A DNA stretch of 64,000 nt, taken from IMG/VR virus record IMGVR_UViG_3300028797_000101, positions 64,001-128,000 of that record, one strand, 5' to 3'. Positions 50,841 to 59,923 of this stretch are shown here, piece after piece; the first letter of the stretch is position 1, and each line of letters opens with the position of its first letter. Source of the stretch: a virus (lineage: Duplodnaviria > Caudoviricetes). Below the pieces are notes generated by a model, which saw only the letters and a program-made list of their open reading frames with translations, was not told where the DNA came from and did no database searches. Made by a program: the position numbers and the translations under genes.

Positions 50841-51608
50841 TCAGATGTTATCGAGATTTTTATGTAACTTTTGATACAACATCTTTTCCGCCTTAGGTAA
50901 CTTTAGGGCTAATATATCATAATCTATCTGATAAATTTCTGACATTTTCTTCAATTTACTAGTGGTCAATTTAGACTCAGATTCAAGCATCTCGTGGATG
51001 AGTAATTCTTCAATAGTGTTGTAATTATCAGACATACTGATATCTTTATGTGAGTGATCAACGGAAGGTACAAATGGTTCATGATCTTCCCAATTTGCTT
51101 CATATAGCGACCCGAATATTGCTTGAAGTGTTACCATCTTTTCCGGAGACAGCTTCAATCTAGGATCTGAGAGATCTTCATATTTAACTTGACCCCAATG
51201 CTTGCCGAGTTGCGCTCCAACTTCCATGCAAAGTGTTCGTCGAATAGAATACTTGACCTCGTTCAATTCTCTCTCAATCATCTCTCCAATCCTAGGCTTG
51301 AAGAATACAGAAAAGGAAAGATCTGTGCGATAACCTTTGTGAGTTTCATCACCTTGCCATTTATACCACCACCAGCACTCCATAAAATGTGTACAAGCGG
51401 ATTGATACTTATCTTCATATGTAACAGAGGAATTGTTGATGAATGTTTTTGATGCTATGTAGCCGAAGAACGCTTGATTCAATAGAAATATCTGGTCTCT
51501 AATATCAGTCTGTTGCATTCTCAGTATTTTATTCTGAGGCAATCTGTCATATAATGCAAGTGTTTGTTGTTTGATTGCTTCTGATTTCGATACAGATGAA
51601 TCTATCAC
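50841..51608 (-). CDS. phage sigma factor-like protein
   Basis: RDQIFLLNQAFFGYIASK...EDKYQSA...SFSVFFKPRIGEMIEREL aligns by eye with sigma70 region 2; C-terminal helical HTH-like segment. Confidence 0.6.
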   Translation of the reverse strand: MIDSSVSKSEAIKQQTLALYDRLPQNKILRMQQTDIRDQIFLLNQAFFGYIASKTFINNSSVTYEDKYQSACTHFMECWWWYKWQGDETHKGYRTDLSFSVFFKPRIGEMIERELNEVKYSIRRTLCMEVGAQLGKHWGQVKYEDLSDPRLKLSPEKMVTLQAIFGSLYEANWEDHEPFVPSVDHSHKDISMSDNYNTIEELLIHEMLESESKLTTSKLKKMSEIYQIDYDILALKLPKAEKMLYQKLHKNLDNI

Positions 51609-51627
51609 TTCTGAACCCCCTACAAAG

Positions 51628-52143
51628 TTAAATAAATTCGTAGATCTTTCCTTTGATCATTTCATGATTTCGTAGCTTTTTAGTGATGGTACCTCTAGAT
51701 AAACCAGTTACATTGCAAACTTGCTGTATAGATGCAAATTGCTCATTTGAATCTACACATCGTATCTTAAGACCTCCATAAGGCGCAGGAGGTTTACGTC
51801 TGCCATCTTTTATGTTCTGCTTTGCAATCTCAGAAATAGTCTTCCATTCTAAGTTATCCACACAACAGTTAGATTTATCCCCATCTCTGAAAACAATCCA
51901 ACTAGGTTCAGAAGGTTCTGTAAGAAACGCGTTAGCTACTAGCTGATGAATAGCAAAGCTCTTAGAACTAAAGTTCACATACAAAAATCCTTTTGCATCG
52001 GCTCTTGGTTGAATAAGCTTCGATTCAACATGCTGTTCAGATCCATCATCAAAACACATCTTGTATCCAGATTTCTTTACATTACCTTTATCAGAAATCA
52101 GATATCCAACGCATCCATCAATAGGTCGCCAAATCTCATTCAT
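51628..52143 (-). CDS. NUMOD4-HNH family protein, degenerate nuclease site
   Basis: EIWRPI.G..GYLISDKGNVK, IHQLVANAF, DGDKSN..VDNLEW, NUMOD1-like C-terminal HTH. Confidence 0.8.
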   Translation of the reverse strand: MNEIWRPIDGCVGYLISDKGNVKKSGYKMCFDDGSEQHVESKLIQPRADAKGFLYVNFSSKSFAIHQLVANAFLTEPSEPSWIVFRDGDKSNCCVDNLEWKTISEIAKQNIKDGRRKPPAPYGGLKIRCVDSNEQFASIQQVCNVTGLSRGTITKKLRNHEMIKGKIYEFI

Positions 52144-52167
52144 AAATTATTGCCCTCCTACATATTT

Positions 52168-52196
52168 ATTATAAGATAGACATAGCGAGAAGTCAA
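52168..52196 (-). promoter_or_regulatory. sigma70/sigmaA-type promoter for the HNH-sigma pair
   Basis: TTGACT-N17-TATAAT on the minus strand. Confidence 0.75.
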
Positions 52197-52265
52197 GTAA
52201 AAATCACCAAATTTCTTACAATCTTGAACGATTTAAGTTGATTACAAATTTGGAATAAGATCGTC

Positions 52266-52371
52266 TAAAATCAAAAATGTAGAAATTTGGACATTTTGTA
52301 AATAAAATCAAAAATGTAGAAAATTGGACATTTTCCAGCTAAATATCAAAATGTAGAAATTTGGACATTTT
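52266..52371. repeat. three ~32-bp direct repeats (37-bp period), iteron/operator-like; candidate origin
   Basis: TAAAATCAAAAATGTAGAAATTTGGACATTTT-like units at 52266, 52303, 52340, followed by a very A-rich tract. Confidence 0.8.
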
Positions 52372-52562
52372 TGCATAGTGCTACGAAATCACTTTTGTCC
52401 AAATTTAACGGTTTTTGCGAACATAATTTAAAAGAAAGTTAATCTTTTTAAATTTAAAAAAATAAATAAAAAAATAACTCCTCACTCAACTCAAAAAAAA
52501 ATAAAAGGCAAAAGGCAGTAAAAGGCAATCGTTAAAAATTTTAGCAAAAATAAAAATAGGGC

Positions 52563-52591
52563 TTGACTTTTCGCAATTTATCGCATACAAT
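52563..52591 (+). promoter_or_regulatory. sigma70/sigmaA-type promoter
   Basis: TTGACT-N17-TACAAT with A-rich upstream sequence. Confidence 0.7.
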
Positions 52592-52613
52592 AAGTCCATT
52601 AACACATATCATC

Positions 52614-52801
52614 GAATGCGGCGTTGATATGAGTTGCCTGGTAGACTTGTGTCAGCCGCATCTGACATATCTACACAGTTCAACGTTAGGACTAATTGTA
52701 TATGGCGCCGGTTCGTTCAATTTTATTGAGCGGAAGACCGAGGTCGCAGCTATACAACGAGGTCTGCTGGAGAGAGGGCAATTCATATCAACGCCGCATT
52801 C
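52614..52801 (+). ncRNA. 188-nt structured RNA/leader closed by a 25-bp stem
   Basis: GAATGCGGCGTTGATATGAGTTGCC / GGCAATTCATATCAACGCCGCATTC plus internal hairpins. Confidence 0.6.
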
Positions 52802-52835
52802 ATGTTGTACTGAAGTAAGGAGGTGAACTTTACTA

Positions 52836-53735
52836 TTGGATATTCACAGTGCAGAAGCTCATATGGAGAAGGTACTGCAGTATTTAGAGCAGATGCATGA
52901 CAACAATTCATCTCTTTATTCTAAAACACGAGAAAAACTGAAAAATATTAGCAATGATCTTTTTAGAGGATTGAAGCTAGTATCAGAAATCCTTGAGGAA
53001 GATTCACTTGTCGTTGAAGCAGAGTTTGAAGGAACAGATGAATCTATCATATCGTCTGTGAAGTCTATGAAAGAGCAATCTGAAGAGATCTCACAAGTCA
53101 TTGACCGAGTAGATAGTTTTGTTTATTCTCCTCATCCAGAGCCGAAGTTGACATACTCACCCAACAAGCTCAGTGCTAAGAAGAGAAAGCACATTGTTTA
53201 CACCTACGGGCAAGTTTTGAAGAAAGTAGCCGGTGCATCAACACCTTACAAGTCTGTCCGAGATTGTGCAGCACTCATCTGGAGATGGTACGACACGAGA
53301 TTTTTCTTATCATCACAATCATGTCCTAAGTTTCACTACAATATTCATAACATTCCCGAATGTATCAAATGGATAGTTTTAGCTTACAGCAAACACTTAT
53401 CTGACCATACACTAGATTCCTTCCTTTCTGACTTTGATACTTGGCTGAGCTCGTTATTATATCCGAAATCTGGTAATAATTATGTTTTACCTTACGCAAT
53501 ATTCAAGATCGGGCGAGAAACAAAGATCTCAGACGTTTCTCAAGCTTCAATCATGATATGGGACATTTTATTCGATCTAGGATATTCTGAACTATCAACT
53601 GATGACCTCGCAGATGTTAAGCTTCAGTCAGAAACACTCTACAATCTGGCAGTTAAGATTGCACCAGATATTGCTGACAATTACGTGTATTATGAAGAAG
53701 ATGATTCACTTCTCAGATCTTTGGAGGTAAATTAA
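52836..53735 (+). CDS. hypothetical protein (first gene of the replication operon)
   Basis: AAGGAGGTG RBS, 299-aa ORF. Confidence 0.7.
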   Translation: MDIHSAEAHMEKVLQYLEQMHDNNSSLYSKTREKLKNISNDLFRGLKLVSEILEEDSLVVEAEFEGTDESIISSVKSMKEQSEEISQVIDRVDSFVYSPHPEPKLTYSPNKLSAKKRKHIVYTYGQVLKKVAGASTPYKSVRDCAALIWRWYDTRFFLSSQSCPKFHYNIHNIPECIKWIVLAYSKHLSDHTLDSFLSDFDTWLSSLLYPKSGNNYVLPYAIFKIGRETKISDVSQASIMIWDILFDLGYSELSTDDLADVKLQSETLYNLAVKIAPDIADNYVYYEEDDSLLRSLEVN

Positions 53736-53738
53736 CTC

Positions 53739-55037
53739 ATGAGTCGCATAACAAAGTTCTCTCAAATAACTTCATCCCTTCCTTATCCTGCACAAAGTAG
53801 AGGTCTGTTGCAATCTATTCATTCTTCTATTGTCACTGCTGTATGTGAGAAAGGTGAATTGACCAGAAAGGAAAGCAGAAATGTAATCAAGCTGATCAAC
53901 ACGATCACTTATCAGTGTGTTCAGCAAGAAAGCATATCTTGGAAGAAGGAAGATCCACTGAACTTCACAAATTTAACTGTAGACGAAGATACCTTGCAGC
54001 AAGTACTTGGAAACATGTATCTAGTTTACCGAAACATAAATTGGAAAGCTGATGAGATAGACATTGTAGCCGAAACACAACCAGAGATAGCTAATCTAGT
54101 AGAGAAAAAGTTATCAGGTAGCGAGCCTATTGGTGAAAAGTTATCAGGCAGTGAACCTAGTGAGAAGAATCTATCAGGCAGTGAACCTGTTGATGAAAAG
54201 TTATCAGGTAGCGAGCCTATTGAGAATAAATCTGCTAAATCGGATATAGAGAACGCTAATGTAGTTACTCAGCAGGTGCCAGTTTATGTTGATGCTACAT
54301 CAAACATTGCTGCTGAGCTCACGCCAAAAGAGGATCTTTACATACAACCACCATTAGTTCCTAGGTTCAATCCTCTACATATGGTAGCTTCTAAGGCTAT
54401 TGGTGATTGTCAGTACGAAATATATGAATCTTATCCTATCATACCAAAGAAGCAGAATGAGATCTCTATGACAACGGATGTCAACAGAATGACTTCTAAG
54501 GATCTACGAAATCTGTTCCCCAATAGAAGAATCTGCACAAGGGCTTCTGTCATGTATGAAGAACAAGATCATTTAGAGATGCATCCTATCTTAGGATTGA
54601 TCATCCCAATTGAAGGTTTCACTAGAGATCAACTCATTGACAATCTTATCAAGTATCCTCACATATTCCGTCTGACTAAGATCGTCAATAATGATATCGT
54701 GAGTTTCTATACTACTGTTGAAATCGATGGAGAGCTTCAGAAAATAACAGAAATTTGGAACACACTTCCTGAGTCTAAATACATTCCTTACAATAGAGAT
54801 TTCGTTAAAGAGTATGTAGTTAGACGATATCTTTTGGAGAGAGATGTAAAAGGTATTCATCATAAGTATCCACTGTTTGGTACACTTGATCCCTATTTGA
54901 CCTTGTTTACCACACCCAATGAATACATACAACTCGGAATAGATGATATAGATTCTCTTGCTAGATCTTGTGTGAGAGCTAGAGTTTCTTATAAACAAAG
55001 CAGAAATCCTGTAATCCGGAGGTTGCAAAATGCGTAA
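53739..55037 (+). CDS. hypothetical protein with four internal 10-aa repeats; possible replication initiator
   Basis: (E/K)(K/N)LSGSEP x4; located before the loader-like gene and DnaB. Confidence 0.55.
   Translation: MSRITKFSQITSSLPYPAQSRGLLQSIHSSIVTAVCEKGELTRKESRNVIKLINTITYQCVQQESISWKKEDPLNFTNLTVDEDTLQQVLGNMYLVYRNINWKADEIDIVAETQPEIANLVEKKLSGSEPIGEKLSGSEPSEKNLSGSEPVDEKLSGSEPIENKSAKSDIENANVVTQQVPVYVDATSNIAAELTPKEDLYIQPPLVPRFNPLHMVASKAIGDCQYEIYESYPIIPKKQNEISMTTDVNRMTSKDLRNLFPNRRICTRASVMYEEQDHLEMHPILGLIIPIEGFTRDQLIDNLIKYPHIFRLTKIVNNDIVSFYTTVEIDGELQKITEIWNTLPESKYIPYNRDFVKEYVVRRYLLERDVKGIHHKYPLFGTLDPYLTLFTTPNEYIQLGIDDIDSLARSCVRARVSYKQSRNPVIRRLQNA
54102..54221 (+). repeat. four 30-bp tandem coding repeats
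   Basis: core TATCAGG(T/C)AG(C/T)GA(G/A)CCT. Confidence 0.85.
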
Positions 55038-55650
55038 TTGTATCTTTACTGCGCATTGCACAGAACTATTTTGTGATCGGTCTTGTCCTACATTTGTAGA
55101 AACAACATATCTTCTTGAAAGGAACGGAATAGGTCTAAACAATTCCGTCTTTCAGGCTGAAGATGCATCTGTCTTGAAATCATTGAATGTTCTCGCTAAG
55201 TTCCAGGGATCATTCGGTGCATTTAAGTGTGAAGATACACTTAAGTGGGCAGACCTACTCACATATTGTGCAATATGCCAAAATTGGAAAGGTAGTCAAC
55301 TTCATTGCACTGTATTCAATTTGAAGTATGCGAAATATCTAGACGACCTCAAGAAGAGCTGGTCAGGTCCTGCTCCAGAAAGCTTAGAGCTGACGCAAAT
55401 CTGGATGCAAACTGCAAAGATACTGATTGTGTCTAATTTAGATTATGTAAACTTTGGAGATTTTGAAAGCCAAACTCTTCTGAATACTATACAACTTCGA
55501 GCAGCGGAGAATTTAACTACTATTGTCGTTGTACCTTCGCTAGGAATTGTGACAAAGCCGGGAGGGCTCAATTCATTCCCTATACTCCTCAAAAAGAAGA
55601 TTGATTCATCGCTCTACAAAGAATCAAAGATTGGGGGTGTACAGCGGTGA
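55030..55650 (+). CDS. degenerate DnaC/IstB-like helicase loader
   Basis: N-terminal Cys cluster; KILIVSNLD and QLRAAENLTTIV resemble DnaC LLIIDDL and R....LPTI; directly before DnaB. Confidence 0.5.
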   Translation: MRNCIFTAHCTELFCDRSCPTFVETTYLLERNGIGLNNSVFQAEDASVLKSLNVLAKFQGSFGAFKCEDTLKWADLLTYCAICQNWKGSQLHCTVFNLKYAKYLDDLKKSWSGPAPESLELTQIWMQTAKILIVSNLDYVNFGDFESQTLLNTIQLRAAENLTTIVVVPSLGIVTKPGGLNSFPILLKKKIDSSLYKESKIGGVQR

Positions 55651-57014
55651 GTGTTACTTCCATAGAGCTTCAAGTAATTTCAAGAATCTTAACCTCCAAA
55701 GATCCGAAAGACGTGGACACACTTTGTGCCTACGATTTATCATATTTTTCTGTATTCAAACAGCATATGGAATTTATTCTCAACCATAGACAAAGGTATG
55801 GAGATGTTCCAGATGTTTTTACATTTCAAGCTCAGTTCCCTGACGTCACGTTAGTAAGCGTAACAGAACCTATTCAGTATCTCATAGATGGTCTTAAAGA
55901 ATACAAAAGACAGCTTATCTTGATTGAGACCTTCAACAAGATAAAGGATCTGGGTTCTGGGGACATAAATGATGCATGGGCCTACTTGGAATCACAATGC
56001 GAACGAGCTGCACAACTTGATTCTACAAAGCCGATGGACATTGTTCATGATTCCAAACAAAGAGCAGATCAAGTTATCGCGTTTAACAAGCAAGCCAGGA
56101 TACCAACAGGATTTGCAGAAATTGACAAACTGATGTATGGTGGATTGTCAACAGTAGAAGAATTACTTCTTTTAGTAGCAAGAACTAACACCGGTAAATC
56201 TTGGATCTGTACAAAGATGATGGAGTCTGCACAAAAACATGGATTCGCAGTGCTTTACTACTCACCAGAAATGCAAGCATCATTTCTTGGTACTCGTTTT
56301 GATACTTGGAGAACACATACACCAAATAGTCAGATCTTCCGAGGTAACTACACTGAAGAGTATGTAGAATATCTTGATAAACTCAGTCAAGAAGAAACAA
56401 GCGCATTTATTCTCGAAGATAAAGATGTAGAGGGAGGAGCTGTAAACGTAAAGGCACTTGATAATCTCGTTAAAAAGTACAACGTAAAACTTCTCATCAT
56501 TGACGGTTTGTCTTACATGGATGATCCGCAGAAAGCGCCCACGGATTATCTGAAATACAAAAATATCTGTAATGGTCTATTCAAATTAAGTAAGACTAGA
56601 GGATGCGCAGTAGTAGTTGCGATGCAGGCAAACAGAGAGACGCAGAACTGCAAGGATGATAAAGGGGAACCTTTTCCAGGTCTGATGCAGGTTGAAGGAA
56701 GCGACCATCCTGCTAGAATCGCAACTCAGGCTTTCGCTATTCGTCAGATATTTGACAAACATGTGCTTGACATAAGACTTGAGAAATCAAGAAACGCAAA
56801 CAATCAGAAACCAGTTCTTAGTTACGCCTGGGATATCAACACAGGAAACATGCAGTATCTTCCGAATGGTGATGACGGATCCATTACTCCGGCTACTTCA
56901 ACTCCTGGCTCTGTTGTCCCTGTAGTTAGCGGAGTTACTACTAATATTAAAAGTTCTGATGATTTCAGTGCTTTGATCGATATGGACGATTCAGATGATG
57001 ATGTAGAATTCTAA
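55647..57014 (+). CDS. dnaB: DnaB-like replicative helicase
   Basis: IPTGF..ID...GGL, ARTNTGKS, YSPEM, LLIIDGL, QANR, LEKSRN. Confidence 0.9.
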   Translation: MSVTSIELQVISRILTSKDPKDVDTLCAYDLSYFSVFKQHMEFILNHRQRYGDVPDVFTFQAQFPDVTLVSVTEPIQYLIDGLKEYKRQLILIETFNKIKDLGSGDINDAWAYLESQCERAAQLDSTKPMDIVHDSKQRADQVIAFNKQARIPTGFAEIDKLMYGGLSTVEELLLLVARTNTGKSWICTKMMESAQKHGFAVLYYSPEMQASFLGTRFDTWRTHTPNSQIFRGNYTEEYVEYLDKLSQEETSAFILEDKDVEGGAVNVKALDNLVKKYNVKLLIIDGLSYMDDPQKAPTDYLKYKNICNGLFKLSKTRGCAVVVAMQANRETQNCKDDKGEPFPGLMQVEGSDHPARIATQAFAIRQIFDKHVLDIRLEKSRNANNQKPVLSYAWDINTGNMQYLPNGDDGSITPATSTPGSVVPVVSGVTTNIKSSDDFSALIDMDDSDDDVEF

Positions 57015-57270
57015 GCAATAGGTTCAGCGAAAGGAGAAAACATGAAGTTCATAGAAGTACACACAGAAACCGGAAATTCAATATTCGTAAATGTTAACAA
57101 CATCGACTACATTTTGTTTAATGATACATATACACGTATTCGTTTTAATAATGGTAATGTGCTAGATATATCTGAAAACTCGGAAAAGATTTCAACTATG
57201 CTTTGTGCTTTTACGTATTAAACAACCATGATTCAGTTAATGTAGAATAACAATGATGAGGTGATTTCAT

Positions 57271-57786
57271 ATGGAATTTAGCGTAGACGAGTTCATTGCA
57301 TATCACAACAGCAAATACAGAAACTATTGCGAAGCAATTATTCTTCCAGATGGTCAAATAACTTATTCCGAACCCTCTCATGTTTACAAGCTTCAGATGA
57401 TATGGGGTGTACCTAAAGAAGAACTATATTGCGGCGGTGAAAAGAGAGATGAACTTTGGAGTATCATTCCACAATTTGCGTCTCCTATTCATTGGTTGAG
57501 TGAAGCGCTGAATTGCGTAGTCCTTTGGTATGATGCGATTATCTTTCCGCCTAACTATACAGAAGCTCAGATGTATTCTGTCAAGCAGCTCATGAAAAAC
57601 AAGTGTATTGACGCATATCCTCTGATTCAGGTTACTACAGAAAAAGATATTTGCGATCTTGCTAATCGAGATACCAATCGCATACAAGACATAATTAAGA
57701 TGGAAAACAATGTGAAAACTAAGATCCGTTCAGAACTATTTCCCGAAAATTTTATAAATTTGGAAAAAGGGCTTGACTTTTCCTAG
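57271..57786 (+). CDS. hypothetical protein
   Basis: GAGGTG RBS. Confidence 0.7.
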   Translation: MEFSVDEFIAYHNSKYRNYCEAIILPDGQITYSEPSHVYKLQMIWGVPKEELYCGGEKRDELWSIIPQFASPIHWLSEALNCVVLWYDAIIFPPNYTEAQMYSVKQLMKNKCIDAYPLIQVTTEKDICDLANRDTNRIQDIIKMENNVKTKIRSELFPENFINLEKGLDFS

Positions 57787-57801
57787 TGTTCCGTCTATAA
57801 T
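57773..57801 (+). promoter_or_regulatory. strong sigma70-type early promoter
   Basis: TTGACT-N17-TATAAT; shares GTTCCGTCTATAATAA(C/T)ACTTGTA with the 60967 promoter. Confidence 0.8.
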
Positions 57802-57879
57802 AACACTTGTAACAGATAAATAAACAGTTGAATCGTTACTGTTTCATACAAAAATATCAAAGGTACAGGAGGTACGCGT

Positions 57880-58824
57880 ATGGCAGCATTAGTTGAGAAC
57901 ATGTTTTATGTAGGTAGAGAAGTTCCTTGGCACGGATTAGGAGTTCAGCTTAACAATCCACCCACCAGTAAGGAAGCGATCGTAGCAGCTGGTCTTGATT
58001 GGGAAGTTATCCCGAAGCCTATCTTCAATGAGAAGGGTGTTCAGATTCCTAACTACGTAGCTAACGTCAGATCGTCTGATGATTCCGTTCTCGGTATCGT
58101 GACCAACAGATACACGATCGTCCAGAACGCAGAAGCATTTGATTTCACCGACAGCTTGGTGAACGTAGAAGGTGGTATGAAGTTTGAGACGGCCGGCAGC
58201 TTGAGAGACGGCAAGCAGATCTGGCTTCTGGGCAAGATGCCTAAGACAAAGATTCTTGGTGATGACGTAGAGCCTTACATCTGTTTCACCAATACGCATG
58301 ACGGCACCGGAGCTGTTAGAGTCTGCATGACTCCTATCAGAGTTGTTTGCAACAACACTCTTAACTTAGCTCTTGACACCGCTAAGAGATCTTGGTCAAC
58401 TCGTCATATCGGCGACATCAACGGAAAGGTTCAGGAAGCTCAGGCCACTCTCGGACTTGTAGACGCTTATATGTCTTCGCTCAAGACGGAGTGCGAGAAG
58501 CTCGCAGATGCAAAAGTATCTGATGCAGAAGTGGAGGCCCTTTTCGACATGCTTTATCCGGTGAATGAAATGACTTCTGACATCACCAGAAAGCGCATCG
58601 AGGTAACCAAGGAAGCCTTCTTCAAGTGCTTGCAGGCGGAGGACATGAAGAAGTTCAAGGGCACCGGTTACGGAGCAATCATGGCCATCACGGATCATGC
58701 AGATCATAGTGCTCCTATGAGAAAGACTCAGAACTTCGAGCAGAACAGATGGGGATCTATCATCGTCGGCCATCCTTTCGTAGACGCGATGTACAAAGGC
58801 ATCAAGAAGATCATCGCAGCATAA
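57880..58824 (+). CDS. DUF932 family protein
   Basis: PWHGLG, AGLDWEV, VQN.EAFDF, ETAGSL, NTHDG, TPIRVVCNNTL. Confidence 0.88.
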   Translation: MAALVENMFYVGREVPWHGLGVQLNNPPTSKEAIVAAGLDWEVIPKPIFNEKGVQIPNYVANVRSSDDSVLGIVTNRYTIVQNAEAFDFTDSLVNVEGGMKFETAGSLRDGKQIWLLGKMPKTKILGDDVEPYICFTNTHDGTGAVRVCMTPIRVVCNNTLNLALDTAKRSWSTRHIGDINGKVQEAQATLGLVDAYMSSLKTECEKLADAKVSDAEVEALFDMLYPVNEMTSDITRKRIEVTKEAFFKCLQAEDMKKFKGTGYGAIMAITDHADHSAPMRKTQNFEQNRWGSIIVGHPFVDAMYKGIKKIIAA

Positions 58825-58840
58825 TCTTTCGTATCTTCAG

Positions 58841-58866
58841 GAGGGCGTAGAAATACGCCCTCTTAT
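58841..58866 (+). terminator. intrinsic terminator
   Basis: GAGGGCGT/ACGCCCTC then TTAT. Confidence 0.7.
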
Positions 58867-58911
58867 GCGTTATCGAATTCTATCAAAAATATTAAACAGA
58901 GGTGACTAGCT

Positions 58912-59901
58912 GTGGATGTTGAAAAAGTAATTGATAAGCTCTCGGAGTTACAGCTTATTCGTCCAAGTAGAAGAATTGGAAACTACATGCAGATCTATTG
59001 TCCGTTTCATAACAATGGCGAAGAGAAGAAACCTTCGTGTGGAATACTGCTTCATGAAGAGTTCAGAAATGGTCAAAGATATCCTGCCGGGTGGTTACAT
59101 TGTTTTACTTGTGGTGCAGCAAAAACACTTCCGGAAGCTATCACCGACATACTGAAGCTACGATCCATAACAAGGTCTGGAGAAGATTGGCTGAAAGAGA
59201 ACATAGAGGGCTATGAATCAGACACAGAATTTGATAGTTTGATACCGTCTAGTTTATCAGAAGCTATACTCAGTAAGTTCGCGGTAAATCAGCTACAGAC
59301 ACTCACCAATCCGGTGACGTATGTTTCAGAAGAAGAACTTGCGTCTTATAGATTTACGGTTCCATACATGTATCAGAGAAAGCTAACTGACCCAATCATA
59401 GAAGAATATGACATCGGAGTAGACATGAAATGGACTCCTCCAGGAAGAACAAAAGTCACTCCATGTATAACATTCCCTGTAAGAGATAAGGCCGGTAGAA
59501 CCTTATTTATTTGTAGAAGATCAATAGAAGGTAAGCTATACAATTATCCTGAAGGCGTGTCTAAACCTGTGTATGGGCTAGACAGAGTTCCGCCAAATTG
59601 CAAGTCTGTTATCATATGCGAAAGCTGCATCAATGCTCTAACTGCAAGGGTTTATGGTTACAATGCTGTAGCTCTTTTGGGCACAGGAAATCAGTTGCAA
59701 GTACAGCAGTTAAGGGAGTTAGGTGTTCGAGAATTTGTTCTTTGCATGGATGGAGACGAAGCAGGAAGAAAAGCTACAAATAAGCTATACAGGGCTCTGT
59801 CCTCTTGCAGTATTGTTTGGAGAATTCATATGCCTGATGGGAAAGATCTCAATGATTGTACAAAAGAAGAATTTGACAAACTATATTCTATGAAAGAATA
59901 G
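58912..59901 (+). CDS. dnaG: DNA primase (zinc finger + TOPRIM)
   Basis: CPFH..EKKPS...HCFTCG; ICES; MDGDEAG; KDLND. Confidence 0.9.
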   Translation: MDVEKVIDKLSELQLIRPSRRIGNYMQIYCPFHNNGEEKKPSCGILLHEEFRNGQRYPAGWLHCFTCGAAKTLPEAITDILKLRSITRSGEDWLKENIEGYESDTEFDSLIPSSLSEAILSKFAVNQLQTLTNPVTYVSEEELASYRFTVPYMYQRKLTDPIIEEYDIGVDMKWTPPGRTKVTPCITFPVRDKAGRTLFICRRSIEGKLYNYPEGVSKPVYGLDRVPPNCKSVIICESCINALTARVYGYNAVALLGTGNQLQVQQLRELGVREFVLCMDGDEAGRKATNKLYRALSSCSIVWRIHMPDGKDLNDCTKEEFDKLYSMKE

Positions 59902-59923
59902 CTTTCATTGCCTGGAGGATATT

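Noticed and set aside
52266-52371. CRISPR array
   Set aside because: Only ~5 nt between repeats, so no spacers; no cas genes in the window
52563-52826. 87-aa ORF in the track
   Set aside because: Its TTG start is the -35 box of a promoter, there is no RBS, and it spans the structured RNA
52614-53735. Complete retron or DGR
   Set aside because: No ORF in the window shows reverse transcriptase motifs, and no TR/VR pair with adenine-specific differences was seen
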